64,000 nt of DNA from Eledone cirrhosa. Its lineage: Eukaryota. Positions within the stretch are counted from its first letter, which is position 1. Each line of letters opens with the position of its first letter. The stretch is taken from contig CAXHJY010000967.1 of the NCBI GenBank assembly GCA_964016885.1, forward strand, positions 124,001 to 188,000, given 5' to 3'. Positions 44,320 to 56,956 of this stretch are shown here, in pieces. The notes beneath the pieces are model-generated. The model saw nothing but the letters and a program-made list of their open reading frames with translations, was not told the origin of the DNA and made no database searches. The position numbers and the translations under genes were made by a program.

Positions 44320-44780
44320 AGTTGAGTCAATAATCAGCAACCTCCCTAGTACTGGTGTCACAATAAAATGCATCCATTACACTCTGTAAAGTGGTTGGTG
44401 TTAGGGAAGGCTTCCAGCCATAGAATCCATGCCAAAGAGTTGAGAAGATCCTTCTGTCGTGAGTCATGACATCACTAGAGAGGTTGCCGTGTCATGAATA
44501 TTGACACAGGAACCTCTCTAGTGCTGGTGACACAAAAATGTACCCAATACACCCTAGAAGATGATTGGTGATAGGAAAGGCATCCAACTAAAGAAGCCAT
44601 GCAAAAAATGGGTTGAGAAGTCTTGAGGCACATCAATGACATGACAACCTCCCTAGTGCTGGTACCAAAATGAAATACAATTGGTGTACTCAGTCCATAT
44701 GAGAGGTCAATAGCTCTGATGAAGTACTGACATGGTGTGTGACAACCCATCCAACCCTTGCTAGAAGGAAAAATGATGAA
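44320..44780 (+). repeat. Tandem array of RTE-UTR-related ~130-170 bp module
   Basis: About three copies of CTAGTGCTGGTG.CAC..AAAATG.A.CCA.TACAC...GTGGTTGG...GGAAGG.C.TCCA.C..TAGAA; similar arrays at ~57540-57845, ~50930-51090, ~19815-20090 (-), ~18850-19060 (-), ~39380-39610. Confidence 0.7.
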
Positions 44781-47700
44781 GATTATATATATATTATTAC
44801 TGAACCTCTATCACTTCCAACAAGTGCTCCAATTGATTCAATCAATGGAACAGCTTGCTGGTGAAATTAACATGTAAATCGCTTAGCATTCTACAGACAC
44901 GTGCACTTTTAACAGTTCTCAGGGAGAGTCAATGTAACAAGGATGGTCCATTTAATTACAGATACAACTAATTTTTGCGAGTAGAGTGGACTGGAGCAAA
45001 ATGAAATAAAGTGCCTTGTTCAAAGACACAATGCACCTCCCACTCCAGGAATCAAACTCGTGACTTTACGATTTCTCATATGATTTGTACTTCTGCTTTG
45101 AAGAAGCTTAGCAACTGATCTAAGCTGAAATTTGTCTGGCTCTAAAGAGAAAGCCTAACCTTTGAAATTTGAATTTGGCAATGCAGATAAATGTAAGACC
45201 ACAGTAAGTGAACATCAGAGATTTTGAAGGCCTTTTATCTGTATACTGTCCATGGTTATTAAAGTGGGTATAATGCAAGACTGTTTCGTTGATATTTAAT
45301 GAGATTGTGTTTTGTAAAAACAAGATTATCATGCTCTACTGAAGGTTTTGGATATCTTTATTTACAGAAGTTATGCATCTCTAGATTAAAACATGTAGGT
45401 TTCACATGGATGATGCATGTCTACAGAAGTTTGAGGTATGAAGAGTATCATATGCAAAGAAGTGTGTATAGTTAGAAGTAACTGCAAGCAAGTCATTATT
45501 GTATATAGGAAAGAGTACAGAAGACATAACTGAACCCAGAATACATCAGGTTGATAGAGTGTGGTCCAAGAGAGTTTTATTAATACAGGTTGTGATGCAG
45601 CAGTCCGACAAGAAGCTTCCAACTGAAGGAAGGTTAAAAACAATCAAACACTTCACTGATTCCAAGGGCAACAGCATTGCTTTTACCAAAATACTTTAGA
45701 TCGAGAGACCAGAGGTGAGAAAGTCTGGTTGATCCAGCTCTACAGAAACCATACTAGTTATTAATGAGAAGGGAAAAAGACTCCTGGTGATAAATGAGAT
45801 GATTGATTGCAACAGTTTTCAATACTGCTAAAATCTTATTTCTTATTTTAATAAATGAAAAGCTACGGCAAATGACCTACTAAGAAAATTATATATGTAG
45901 TTCCAAATCCTGATATAATCCCAAACTTAATGTTAACTATTTTGTATTTGCTTGGCTATAACTCTCCTCTTCCTCCTTTATTGTTTTACATGAGTTACTT
46001 ATGACAAAATGGAATCCTATATAGGTGAAAATTTGTATAATCATTTATCACCACAGAGTTAAAAAGTTAATATCAATCTTATGAACTCATAGTTTATACA
46101 AGCAGATATAGCGAATATTCCACTTTTACACTACTAATAGATTATGTTCCTTTCTTTCAGTTTGTAAAAAACATATTTTTTTAATATAATATATGACAAT
46201 AACAAGTAGATTCTGTGGGTTTGAATCAAGTTGTTATGAACTGTTTACAGCTGAAATTAAACTTCTCGTGAAAGCATACCAACGTTCTTTAGTTTACATT
46301 ATCTAATTTGAAGTGATTAATAGAGCCTCATCCAACAATTAATATTATAACGAATGGGATCCAATAAATAACCAGGTAATAACGAGGAGAAAATAGATCA
46401 AAATACACCTTAGGAGAGTATATGAAAGCTAAACAACAAGGTAATTATAAACTAGAACGACAGATCATTTCCTTCGAACTTTCAGACACTATTAGATTCA
46501 TGAATAAACAAAATGCTCAGTAAACAGCTACTACCGTCCTTAAAACATCACCCCGAGAAAATAAGTTTATGGGTGGAATATCAACATCATAGTGGTCAGC
46601 TTCAGCTAAATGAAAAACACGTTAATGGTCTCTTACTAGATGTTTTACTATTTGTTACTACGATTAAAGTTGAAATGAGACTTCTCACGGTGGATGAAAA
46701 AGACTTATGAGATGTTCAAGTAGCTTCGCATAATTGAAGCTAACGAAAGAAAAACACCTAGACTGTTTATTATCATACAAGTATTATTATTGTTTTTTTT
46801 TTAATATCAGTTTTTATAGGATAGGCATGGTTTATTTATTGAATAGAAAGTCTACAAAATACTAGGGGAGGACATTAAACTAGAGGTGTAGAGTCGCTCC
46901 CCTTGATTGGAGCAGTCGCCATTTGTAAATACGCGTTGAGCAAGCTAACTAGACTAATCACACACAATGCAAGAGCAACAACAAAACATAATAAAATAAA
47001 AAAAGGACAAATTAGGAAAAAAAAAAGAAAAACTCAAAGACAACTAAAAGAGAGAAGAGAAACAAAAGATAAACATAAAGTTCCCACTGTCCCCTCCCAC
47101 ATCAAAGCCACGGCACTATCACAGCAAATGTCTCCAAGTTGTGTAGCATAAACTATAAGGCAAATCATTTATGGTCAGTCACTTACATTCTGGTAAGATC
47201 ACACATTCAGACACGCAGCCAGACATATGGTTACTATGTGAGGAATCAGATCATTCAACTTTAGTTCTCATAAACAATACAAGACATTTCGTTTGAAAAC
47301 AACTCGAAACCAACAATTAAAAAAAAATTAGGGCAGCTTTTAAAAAGTTATTTTGTAACAAAGAAAGAATCCTTCGCAAACAATAGGATAAGGTGATTAA
47401 TTACAACAGGTTAGATTCATTTTAAATTTATTTTTCTTTAATTTTCATTTTTTTAAAAGCTTTATATTTCGAATATTAGAGCCCATTTTAAAAATATAAT
47501 TACTAGATGTTTATAAATGGGGGATAATGATATTTTATATCTCAAATATTAATTAATGAAGTGGGGAAGTATAATTTTCCACAGTCAATACACCGATTCC
47601 TCACTTGGTGACCAGTGTGTTGGTGCATAAATGTATGTCCACACCCACATCAATAGGCACGGTAAAACCAAGAGGCCGCTTAAATCGCCGAAGAGTTCTG

Positions 47701-48308
47701 TAAACGAAAGATTGGGAGCCACTAGGACCACCAACCGTTGTTTGCAGGAATTAAAAGAGATGATGATGATAGTATTAGTAGAAATAGTAGTAGTGGTGGT
47801 GATGGAAATAATAATACAAAAGTAGCATGTTAACAGTTTAAGACATCAATGAATGTATTCATTGAATGGTGATGATGATGATGATGTCTGAAGCTAAACA
47901 ATCATGATGGGCAAAATCTCCAATAAACAAGGATTAGATGAATACAGCAAGTGGTGGAAGTTCTAACAAGTCTTCTCACATTAAAAGACTTCCAGAAGTT
48001 GTGACCAACTTAATACAAAATTTCCCATCGAGTTATGGCTATTATCATTATTAATTCATTAATACTATTATGAGAGGTTAGAGGGGGGGATGCTGATGAT
48101 TGATAGAGAACTAAAGAAATAAACAGCAGGGGAATTAACAGAAAATAATTACTGCTGCTGCTAATAGAGAATTATAGAGAAGGTGGCGATGGTGGGGATG
48201 GATTTTTTTTTTCTCCCCAAAACCTCATTCGTACCGTGCCGTACAGTTTATACTCATGAGAATCACATTGGGTTTTTAAATAAACAAAAATCAAACAAAA
48301 AAACTTAC

Positions 48309-48441
48309 GCCGACTGGGTCTCCGAGGACCGGAAGATGAGCCGGGGTCAAAATTCCTTGCTCGATCCCTTTCTCTGGAACTATTTTCCTCTATCAATCTC
48401 CGTTCCAGTTGGTTCAGCTTGTTTTGTATTGAAGTGGACAT
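48309..48441 (-). CDS. MAP2K7: First coding exon of a probable MAP kinase kinase 7 (MKK7/hemipterous) gene; rest of gene lies towards lower coordinates
   Basis: ATG in CAAC-ATG context; encodes MSTSIQNKLNQLERRLIEENSSRERDRARNFDPGSSSGPRRPSR, resembling the MKK7 N-terminal coiled coil (human MAASSLEQKLSRLEAKLKQENREARRR...PQRPRP, recalled); ends at a strong C|GTAAGT phase-1 donor (GT at 48308-48307); lies in a locally CpG-rich zone. No kinase-domain exons seen in the window. Confidence 0.7.
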
Positions 48442-48452
48442 GTTGAAGCGCG

Positions 48453-48464
48453 GGTCACATGACC
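48453..48464. promoter_or_regulatory. E-box/M-box-like near-palindrome GGTCACATGACC
   Basis: Immediately upstream of the exon-1 ATG; matches the TCAYRTGA class of bHLH-ZIP (USF/MITF/TFE) sites. Function is inference. Confidence 0.35.
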
Positions 48465-49039
48465 GTAGCATACAAATATAGCAACATATTCAGAGCCACA
48501 GATTAAAGTTGTTACTACCCCCCCCCCTCACCCTAATGTTTTTAACCATATATTTTTAATAAAGAATTTTATATTTGGATGACACAAAACAATATATATA
48601 TATATATATATATATTATATTTATATTTACATAGTAATATGACTGAGAATTAAGAAATAATCAAATTGTTGTTTATATACAAGTAAGGAATGCCGAGGGA
48701 GTTTTTCTTTTTTAATCTGTATGTACTCTATGTGGATTAATGGGATTTATATTAAACGCGTAGTTTTGAGATTTTGGTCCATTTAGAAAATTAGAATTAA
48801 ATTAATAGCAAAAATTAGTTTAATGTAAAGTTTATCCCAACTACTATATGTGTGTTTTTATATGTATTTGTTAATCTGGGGCTGAAGGAACAGAACTTAG
48901 AACATTTTAGGCCTTTCTAGCCTACAGGATTGAAAGTTGTGATCAATATTGAGAGTGGAATGAATGAGGTTTTTCTACATTTACTATTCAGAATCAATTG
49001 AGTAAAACTAATAGAGGAACTTAAACTATGTAAGATTAG

Positions 49040-49168
49040 TGAACTTTGTCTTTCATCCCTCCGAGGTCGATAAAATATAATCTCAGTTAAGTATTGGGGG
49101 GGGGGTCGATATAAACGACTCACCCCTTCCCTCTAAAATTGTTGGCCTTGTGCCTAAATAAGAAACTA
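49040..49168 (+). mobile_element. Older related SINE 3' half
   Basis: AACTTTGTCTTTCATCCC.CCGAGGTCGATAAAAT...GGCCTTGTGCCTAA; similar decayed copies at ~3116-3230, ~7430-7565 and ~61310-61460 (-). Confidence 0.7.
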
Positions 49169-49549
49169 TTTATGCTTATTAATATTTGGTAGGGCGCTGT
49201 GGTTACCAATCAGGAACAATTTGTGCCGTTTTGGCAATTGATGTTGCGAGATAAATTAAAAAGATTAGTTAGTACAAGTAACATTTAGAGATAACAAGAT
49301 AGTGCGGTTACTGGCGAGTGTGATCTGTGTCCGTGACCAGATTCAATTCTCAGCTGAGATGATTTTGTGTGCATGTGGATTTTATCACATATAAATATCT
49401 GCTATAAAAGTAAATGTTTGCTACATGATAGGTACGTTATATAGTGTTATAGTTAAAATACGAAACGGCTGTTATGAATAAACTCCTCTTTATAAAGCAA
49501 TATTTACATACATATACAGTAACATAGGTGTGTGTGTAAATATATATAT

Positions 49550-50200
49550 GTTGGAGGTGGGGGACGTGATGAGAATGGAGGACTGTAAGTTACCCAAACA
49601 ACTGTTTATGGTGAGCTGAGGGATGGCAAACATCGACCTGATAAACCCAAGATGCTGTTCAAGGACTGTGTGAAAACATCTTTGATAAAAGCTGGCATTT
49701 CCGATGGAGATTGGAAAGAAGCTGCCAATGGTCGAACTCGGTGGAGAGAAACTCTATATAAGTACACTTTAAAACAACCCGAAGAAATTATGAAAGGTTA
49801 AAAAGGGATGTGAGGAAGGTCTTGAAAAAGAAACTGCCAGGAAGTGTGGGAGAGCCTGCCTCAGCAAAGCTGGATTAAAGAGTCACAAAAGGAGCTATGT
49901 AAAAAGGGCTGGTGCAGATTATATTGGTGCGTATAGTATAACAACCTGCCATTAATATAATTGTTTCTACTTTAGACACAAGGCCAACAATTATCCAGTA
50001 CATTACTGGTACTTTATTTTATTGACTAAGTCTGCCAATCACCAGGAGGCCTGAAGCAATACATGGCAACCCATTCCTGCTGTCAAAAGCCATGTCTGTA
50101 ACATCTGTGCTAGAGAATGTTGGCCTAAATAGTCACAGCCATGCTATACACGCAGTCTTTGAAAATTCAAGCCATAACTATACTCGAGCCCAAGGTGGCT
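49550..50200 (+). mobile_element. RTE/BovB-like LINE 3' fragment interrupted by a SINE
   Basis: VMRMEDCKLPKQL..GELRDGK...FKDCVK..L...W.E.A..R..WR followed by C2H2-like remnant CGRACLSKAGLKSHKRS. Confidence 0.7.
49960..50044 (-). mobile_element. Internally deleted copy of the same SINE
   Basis: 3' body joined to head remnant CTGCCAATCACC. Confidence 0.7.
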
Positions 50201-51179
50201 GCCATCATATATAGATATATGTGTGTGTCCCCTTCTGCTAGCATTTTCCAGCAGCTATCCCCACCACCATTGCACCCCTACCTATGTTCCCTCCAGTGCC
50301 ACTCCTTAGCTACTACCCCCTCTTATGCATCTTAGCAGCTACTCTTCCTATCTCCTGTACACCCCCTCCGCTATCACCCCTATTACACCCCACCTACACA
50401 CTATTGATCACATTATCCGCACACACACACCAATATATCCCCTCACCCTATAAACAATCAGTCACCTCATCCCCTTGCCAAATCACTACATACACCTATA
50501 ACTTCATACCTATCTTCCTCCCATGTCACCTGTCCGTTCCCCACACACAGAGCAGAGAGAGCTCTTCAGTGGGGACTATAGCCAATAACCTTTCTAGTGA
50601 TGGTGGCAAGAAAATACACCATGTACACCACCCGAGGTGGTTGGCAACAGGAAGGGCATCCCACTGTAGAAACCATGTCTAAAAGAGTTGGGAGGATTCC
50701 TCAGTTATGTCAATTGCACAACAACCTCTCAAATGTTGGTGATCTACTGGGGTGATGAAAATATATATATGTTGGAGTAAAAGAAAAATATAGGAGGATC
50801 AGTTAATTATAATTTTATTCAACATGTTCCCAGATTCACACACTTATTGCAGCTGTCCTACCTTCCCTGTAAAGGTAACAGCTCCATCCTTTCCTGATAC
50901 CCTTAAGCCAAGAAATTTTCAGCACCATGTTACACAATAAATGCATCCAGTACATGCTGTAAAGTGGTTGGAAATAGGATAGGCATCCAGCCGTAGAAAG
51001 CTTGCCAAACAAAAGGTGAGGTCCCTCCAGTTGAGTCAAAAACATGACAACTTTAGTGCTGGTGTCACAATAAAATGCACTTGGTAGAACATGGAACATA
51101 TGTAAACCAGATGTGAACCCTTGGTCAGATTAGTACAGACTTAGTCTGTGAAGACCCGTCCAATCCTTGCATATTTCAG

Positions 51180-52960
51180 TAACTTGCAGCTATAATAGCC
51201 TGGAGATCAGTCAGAGATGACCTGTGCGAAACACTAAACTCTGTCCAGCTCAGAGTGGGAGTCAAATGTGGATGTTAGGCAACTGCCCATGTGGCCAGGC
51301 ACTACATATAGCACATGTCCCCTTTGTTACCTTGCCTCCTAGTGAGGCTAGACATGAAAATCGCTTTCAGCAGCATTAGGCTGCATCACATTTTTAAGAT
51401 GTATCTAAGAGCTGTTCCATCGTTACTTCCCCTTACCTCTCCTATGCACAAACAGATCATCTCTGCCACAGGTGTCCACTCAGCCCACTCCTCTTTGTGC
51501 TGGCTGTTGATGATATTGCCCACTCAGTCCACTTATTCTTCAATTGGTACTTGAAAAACATGATGCTAGGTGGCTCAATTGAGTGTGTTGTTGAGGACCT
51601 TCAGAAAGTTATCCCAGCCCTAAAGCTCCTAGGACTTAAAATCAACCCGTCCAAGTCTGAGGTCGTAAATGTGGGCTACAGCAAAGCTGAATTCCAAGAC
51701 ACTATATACAGCCTGTCCTGACTGGGGTTCGGCTAATGCTGTAAGACACTGTCTACATTCTCAGCTCTCCAATCCTCCCAAAAACCATATGGAGACCAAG
51801 CATGCAGACCTGACAAAGATGAATAAGAAATTGTGCTACATTGATGTGCACCTAGTACTATTCCTCCTGATGAACTGCTTTGCTCTCCCTAAACTCCTTT
51901 TCATGTTGCACGGTACACCTTGTTACCCTTTTGCAGATTGCCTCATCAAATTTGTTGCCACCATTTGATGCTGTGCTGTACTCATTTGCAATGTTAGCTT
52001 CGACAGTGACAGCTGGCAAAGCTCCTGGGAAATTCTGTGGCATTGACTTCTGATCCTCTTCAGACCTGGCATTGCCAGCTTATCTCTCCTCAATCTCCTC
52101 CAGTCAAACTCTCATCAGCAAGGTCCTCCGCAAGACAACAGAACCTGACATAGCCCAGGAACTGGAGTCAGCTCTGACCAATTGGAGCAACAAAGGCTCG
52201 CCGTCCTCCAGTATACCAAAGTCAAATGTAACTGGGACGACATCATGTGCAGTTCTTCCTGAGTATGCCTTGGACCAACACTGTCTCGCATACTGCTTTT
52301 CTGCCTCGCAACCAAACTGGCGTGTGGCTCAATTCAGTGCTCTCCTCATTAACTGGTACCCTTCTTGATGAGTACACTCACATTGGAGTAGCCCAGCACT
52401 TCAGCTTCCACATGTGCTAGCAATACAAATGCTGTTGTGGAGCTATTGTTGATGAGTTCAGCATGCACTTGCTATTATGCCAACTTAGCACAGGCCAGTT
52501 ACCCCGACACACCACTCTGAATGACATCATCAAGAGGAGCCTTGATGCAGTCAGCTTCCCGTCACAACTGGAACCTAATGGCCTTGACCATGGTGATTGT
52601 AAGCACCTCAACAAATAATCCTCTTCGCATTCAAGGGAGGTAAATCCCTAATCTAGGATGCAACATGTGACTCATTATCTGATTCCAACCTTGTTGCTTC
52701 AGCCACAAACCTAGGAGGCACCACTGACCCCAATGCAGAGGAGAGGAAGATAACTAAATACTGGGGCTTGACTGACCACTTCCTTCTCATACTGGTTACC
52801 GTCATGACCTCTGGTATCCTTGGTCCCTGCACTGCCGATTTCACCCCACCCCATGGGACTCCTTCCATGGGGTGGGGTGGGGGGCTATTGCAGCAGGTCT
52901 CACTGGCCATTCTCTGGCAATGCCTTTGCCATTATGTCAGCAGGGCACAGCTGAATCATG
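51180..52960 (+). mobile_element. Degenerate CRE-like non-LTR retrotransposon (RT plus restriction-like endonuclease)
   Basis: QLRVGVKCGC*ATAHVAR; LDMKIAFSSI; WYLKNMMLGG (WYLDDG equivalent); GLKINPSKSE; CFALPKLLFML; CCGAIVD...RHTTLNDIIKRSL...LEPNGL..GD.K.(P)D...DATCD. Confidence 0.8.
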
Positions 52961-53179
52961 GTTCAATCAGAGGTGTAGAGTCTGGCCCTCTCACCCCTCT
53001 CCATTTCTTTCGTTGCTTAATTCTCTTTTTTCTATTTTTTTTGCTTCATTTAAATAGTATTATTTTATAATTGTAAATATTATTGAATAAATTGTTAAAG
53101 TATTGTGTTATTTATGTGAAACTGAAGTAATTACATTTTAGAAGATAGCTATTTAAGAACACACAAAAGCCACTGTGGT

Positions 53180-53850
53180 ACTGTGGTCAGATGTTGCCAT
53201 TCTTATCTGAATACTGCCCTTTGTGGCACTGACTCTTCAGCCTGTCCTAACCATTGTACCAAAGCAGTACCTCACTATACTGCTAGCATCACACCTTTCT
53301 CCAATTTGGGAGCACTTCTTCAAACATGGCCTTCATTCTGCAGCAGTCTTTCTCCACAATCCAATTTCTACTCAGCTTATACACAACTCTAAAGAAGTGA
53401 CTCACGTTCCACTTGACAAGCATATTTTTAGGCAACTCTGAATAAAATGCAGCATTGTTGTCCATCCAGGAATATTTCGTTCAGCATCTCTGGAAACTCC
53501 ATACCAATTTCCCTCCCTATTGCTATCCACCTTAGTCTGCAGTCAATCATTAAGAGATACACCCCTTGCTGAAAGTGTTCTACATTTACTGCCAACCCTT
53601 TCTAGTTGTCTTTTACCCCTATCTTCCCAGTCTTATGCACTGTTGGTAGAGGGTTGAAGGCCTGACATATGTCACAGCTCCTGACCATCTTTCAAATGTT
53701 CTCTCTGTGACATTTGAGTCAACTTTCCTGGTTAAAAATTGGGTCCTATCCACTCCCTTATCGCATGCTGTGCTTCTCCTTAACTCTGGATACCCAACCA
53801 ACACACTATAGCCACCATCCTCATAGAAACCTCAAGTACACCCAACCAAT
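53180..53850 (-). mobile_element. Degenerate Gypsy-type integrase fragment
   Basis: Minus strand GVDRTQFL...VRSCDICQ (HHCC remnant) and MDNNAAFYSE...WNVSHFF..YK.S.N.IVEK..RMK (DDE core), then WYN...VPQRAVF. Confidence 0.75.
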
Positions 53851-53864
53851 TATATATATTCTTA

Positions 53865-54290
53865 CCTAAGTACCTCACTAGGAAGATGGAATTAGTGGTG
53901 CCTTTGACGAGCTAAAAACCAAACTGCATCTCACTAAGATTAATTTTGTCCCTAATCAATTTTGCTATCACTTTCTGTAACCTTCAGAACCCGATCCAAT
54001 AATTTGATGCCATTGTAATTACCTCTCTCTAGTGCATCTCCTTTTCCATTATAACAGTTTACAATTTATGTTACTACCTGGTTACTATTCAAGTGACTAG
54101 CCTGTGTCATGCTTCACTTGATAGTTTCACAATCTCAGCAACTGCCTTCTCTTCCTTCATATATCCTTAATCACTTTATTTATCATACTGTTGCCAACTT
54201 TAATAACTGGTCCCTCAGTTGAGTCTACTTGCGGTAGACCCTCATTTTCCATACATTCTTCTCATTCAGCCAACTCTTGTAATAAATCTT
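53865..54290 (-). mobile_element. Degenerate RTE LINE internal fragment
   Basis: Minus strand reads IVNCYNGKGDALERGNYNGIKLLDRVLKVTE...SEMQFGF, homologous to the 23 kb ORF. Confidence 0.8.
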
Positions 54291-54599
54291 TCCAGTATCT
54301 GTAAGGCTAAGTGAACTGCTGTTATTCCTTGCACTATTCTCCTTATGATGTATTGGTTCTCTCTTGTACACTTGTAAAATATATATATGGGATAACAAGT
54401 TATCATTTTAGGTAATCCAGTTAGAGGTTGCCAGTACTCTGTATGGATAGTTTTAACGTACGGCGTTGTTTGACTCAACAAGAGGTTTCCTTAGTTAGGT
54501 AGCGAGTTTGCGAGAATTCCCATGCAGGTCATTCTTGGAGTAATAGTAGTGAAAGAGTGAAGAATAACATGGTCGGCTGTACAAAAAGGGTTTTATTTA

Positions 54600-54714
54600 C
54601 AGTATTAACAATTGTTTCATTGATCAGGTGAGTCTAAAGGCCGCTGATCACTCGAAATTGTGTCACTCGACCTTAAATACAGTGTGCGTTTCTGATCAAA
54701 TCATCAGAATACTG
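54600..54714 (-). ncRNA. Hammerhead ribozyme fold with long loop II
   Basis: Minus strand: CAGTATT-CTGATGA-T-TTGATCAG(64 nt)CTGATCAA-T-GAAA-CAATTG-TT^AATACTG followed by AATAAA. Confidence 0.7.
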
Positions 54715-54971
54715 GAGTACTGGAGGGTATAACACATGGCATTGGAGAAATCAAGTGAATGAAAACAATAACATCAATAATAAAAGATAATAAACAATAA
54801 TAAAAGTATAAAGAAGTTAAAATGAAAATGATATGTATAAATATATATAGATATGTTTCTTTATTAACCACAGGGGCACGAAAGAAGGGGACAAATACAA
54901 AGGGAGAAGTTTACATACAATAAAAACGTGTAAAATACTATGACAAATGCAATTTAAAAGATAGATAGATA

Positions 54972-56956
54972 TGTAGTGGTTGTCTCCCTTGTTGTGACTC
55001 ACAACCCCAATAGATTAACAACATCTAGACGGGAAGTAGAACCCTTTCTGTAACTTCCGGCAGAGCCCTATAAAACGAATAGCCTTCGGCTCTCTCCCTC
55101 TCATTTGCCCTTCCGGCGCCTGGCCTTCGCCAGGCATCTCGCGTTTGCCTGGCAATCAAAACGGTAACTACTAACTTTGCTTCATTCTTTCGTTTATTTC
55201 ATTGACATGTCAACTATACTGTTAGATTGTTAATTAAATATTATACACACAAACCATGTCTCCTTGTTACATTCATACAACCCAGTATCTTCGCTATATT
55301 GGTAACCCTGACGTGATACCAACACGCAGCCGTTCATCGCCATAAGTGGTCACCCCGAAAAAAGAAAAAAATAGCATAATCTGGTGTTGTGTGAGTAGCA
55401 TTACGAATACACAGCAAATTTATTGACAAACTATGAAAATACTCAGTAAAAGAAACGAACACACCACGCACATGTGAAATTTTCGAACAGACAGACTTTT
55501 TCTCTCACGCATCAACTAACTGTCGCATTTCACGATATATATATATGTTTCTCGTTTCTTACAACGAACACTTTCAAAACAAAAAAGAAAAAAAAAAAAG
55601 AAATTTGATATTCTTTAAAAAACATTTCAACAGGAACATTTATTTTCGATGAACCATTGCCTTTTTTTTCATCATTTTCTTCATCGTTCAAGTTTTTTTT
55701 TTTTTTTTTTTTTTTTCAAAAGTTCACACCAATAATTATGCTGAGTGAAGCCTTTCTTTTTCATCATTGTCACTTTCACACTTGCACTATCATTTTCTCG
55801 CGCGTTAGAAATATTATTTTTTCAACCTAGCTTAACCTTGTATTGGCACATGTAGGCAGCACAAATTCTCAACTCACGGAGATATCTCGACTCACAGAGA
55901 TAGCCGCACGCCAGAGATAACGTTTCTCGCCAAGGATTCTTCAGCCTTAAGCTATATTCTCCTATTTGCCAGTTTAAAAATTTACCACGTAAATTTGCCG
56001 TTGAAAACTGCGCATTTATTCAGAATGCTTATTTCTTTGGTCGCTGGCCTCTTGACCCTTCCAGGTCAACGCATTCTCAACATCGACCATCAACTTCGGC
56101 TGTTATTTCTAGCGCTTTGCGCAACTCATTTTTTTCCGAAAAAAATTTTTTTTACTGTGAATTTAAACACCGAATACGCCCACTCAGCGAGACAACAACA
56201 TCAACACAGCTTCACCAACAACCAAGACCAGCAGAACAAGCCAGAGAATTTATTTTTGCAGCACTCTTCCTGTGAGAAAATCCATTCGGAGGTTGGAAAT
56301 TTCACGATATACCACAGAACAGAAACCACCTGCATTCATTCTCTGGAACACACTTTCTTTCCTGCTGTCATGTGATTGCACACCTGTGAACTATATTTTG
56401 TACATTTGAACGTTGAGCTCTTCTCTTACTTTATTACATTGTATCTTTGGGTGATGGATAGATAGATGTCCAGTCGTTCTCTGGCCAAGAGCGGTTGGCT
56501 ACCTTGATATCTATCATTGATTTTTGCAAACATTCTTTTGTCGTAATTTTCATGCCTGTTACAACATTCTCGCCAACTTGCTACAGATTTCATTCGATTT
56601 TTATATTCTAAAATTCTGGCGGGAGGTTATGTGGCAGTTGTCTCCCTTGTTGTGACTCACAACCCCAATAGATTAACAACATCTAGACGGGAAGTAGAAC
56701 CCTTTCTGTAACTTCCGGCAGAGCCCTATAAAACGAATAGCCTTCGGCTCTCTCCCTCTCATTTGCCCTTCCGGCGCCTGGCCTTCGCCAGGCGTCTCGC
56801 GTTTGCCTGGCAATCAAAACGGTAACTACTAACTTTGCTTCATTCTTTCGTTTATTTCATTGACATGTCAACTATACTGTTAAATTGTTGATTAAATATT
56901 ATACACACAAACCATGTCTCCGTGTTACATTCATACAACCCAGTATCTTCACTATA
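54972..56956 (+). mobile_element. Complete non-autonomous LTR retroelement (~1985 bp)
   Basis: Direct 327-bp LTRs (54972-55298, 56630-56956; about 8 differences by eye); GATA TSD (54968-54971, 56957-56960); PBS TGGTAACCCTGACGTGAT (55300-55317, tRNA-Trp-like); purine tract GGCGGGAGG before the 3' LTR; no pol. Confidence 0.92.

Noticed and set aside
49290-49362. tRNA-like sequence
   Set aside because: Only loose A/B-box resemblance and no cloverleaf; probably a decayed SINE head.
55995-56375. 126-aa ORF inside the LTR element as gag
   Set aside because: No recognisable gag, zinc-knuckle or protease motif; non-ATG start.
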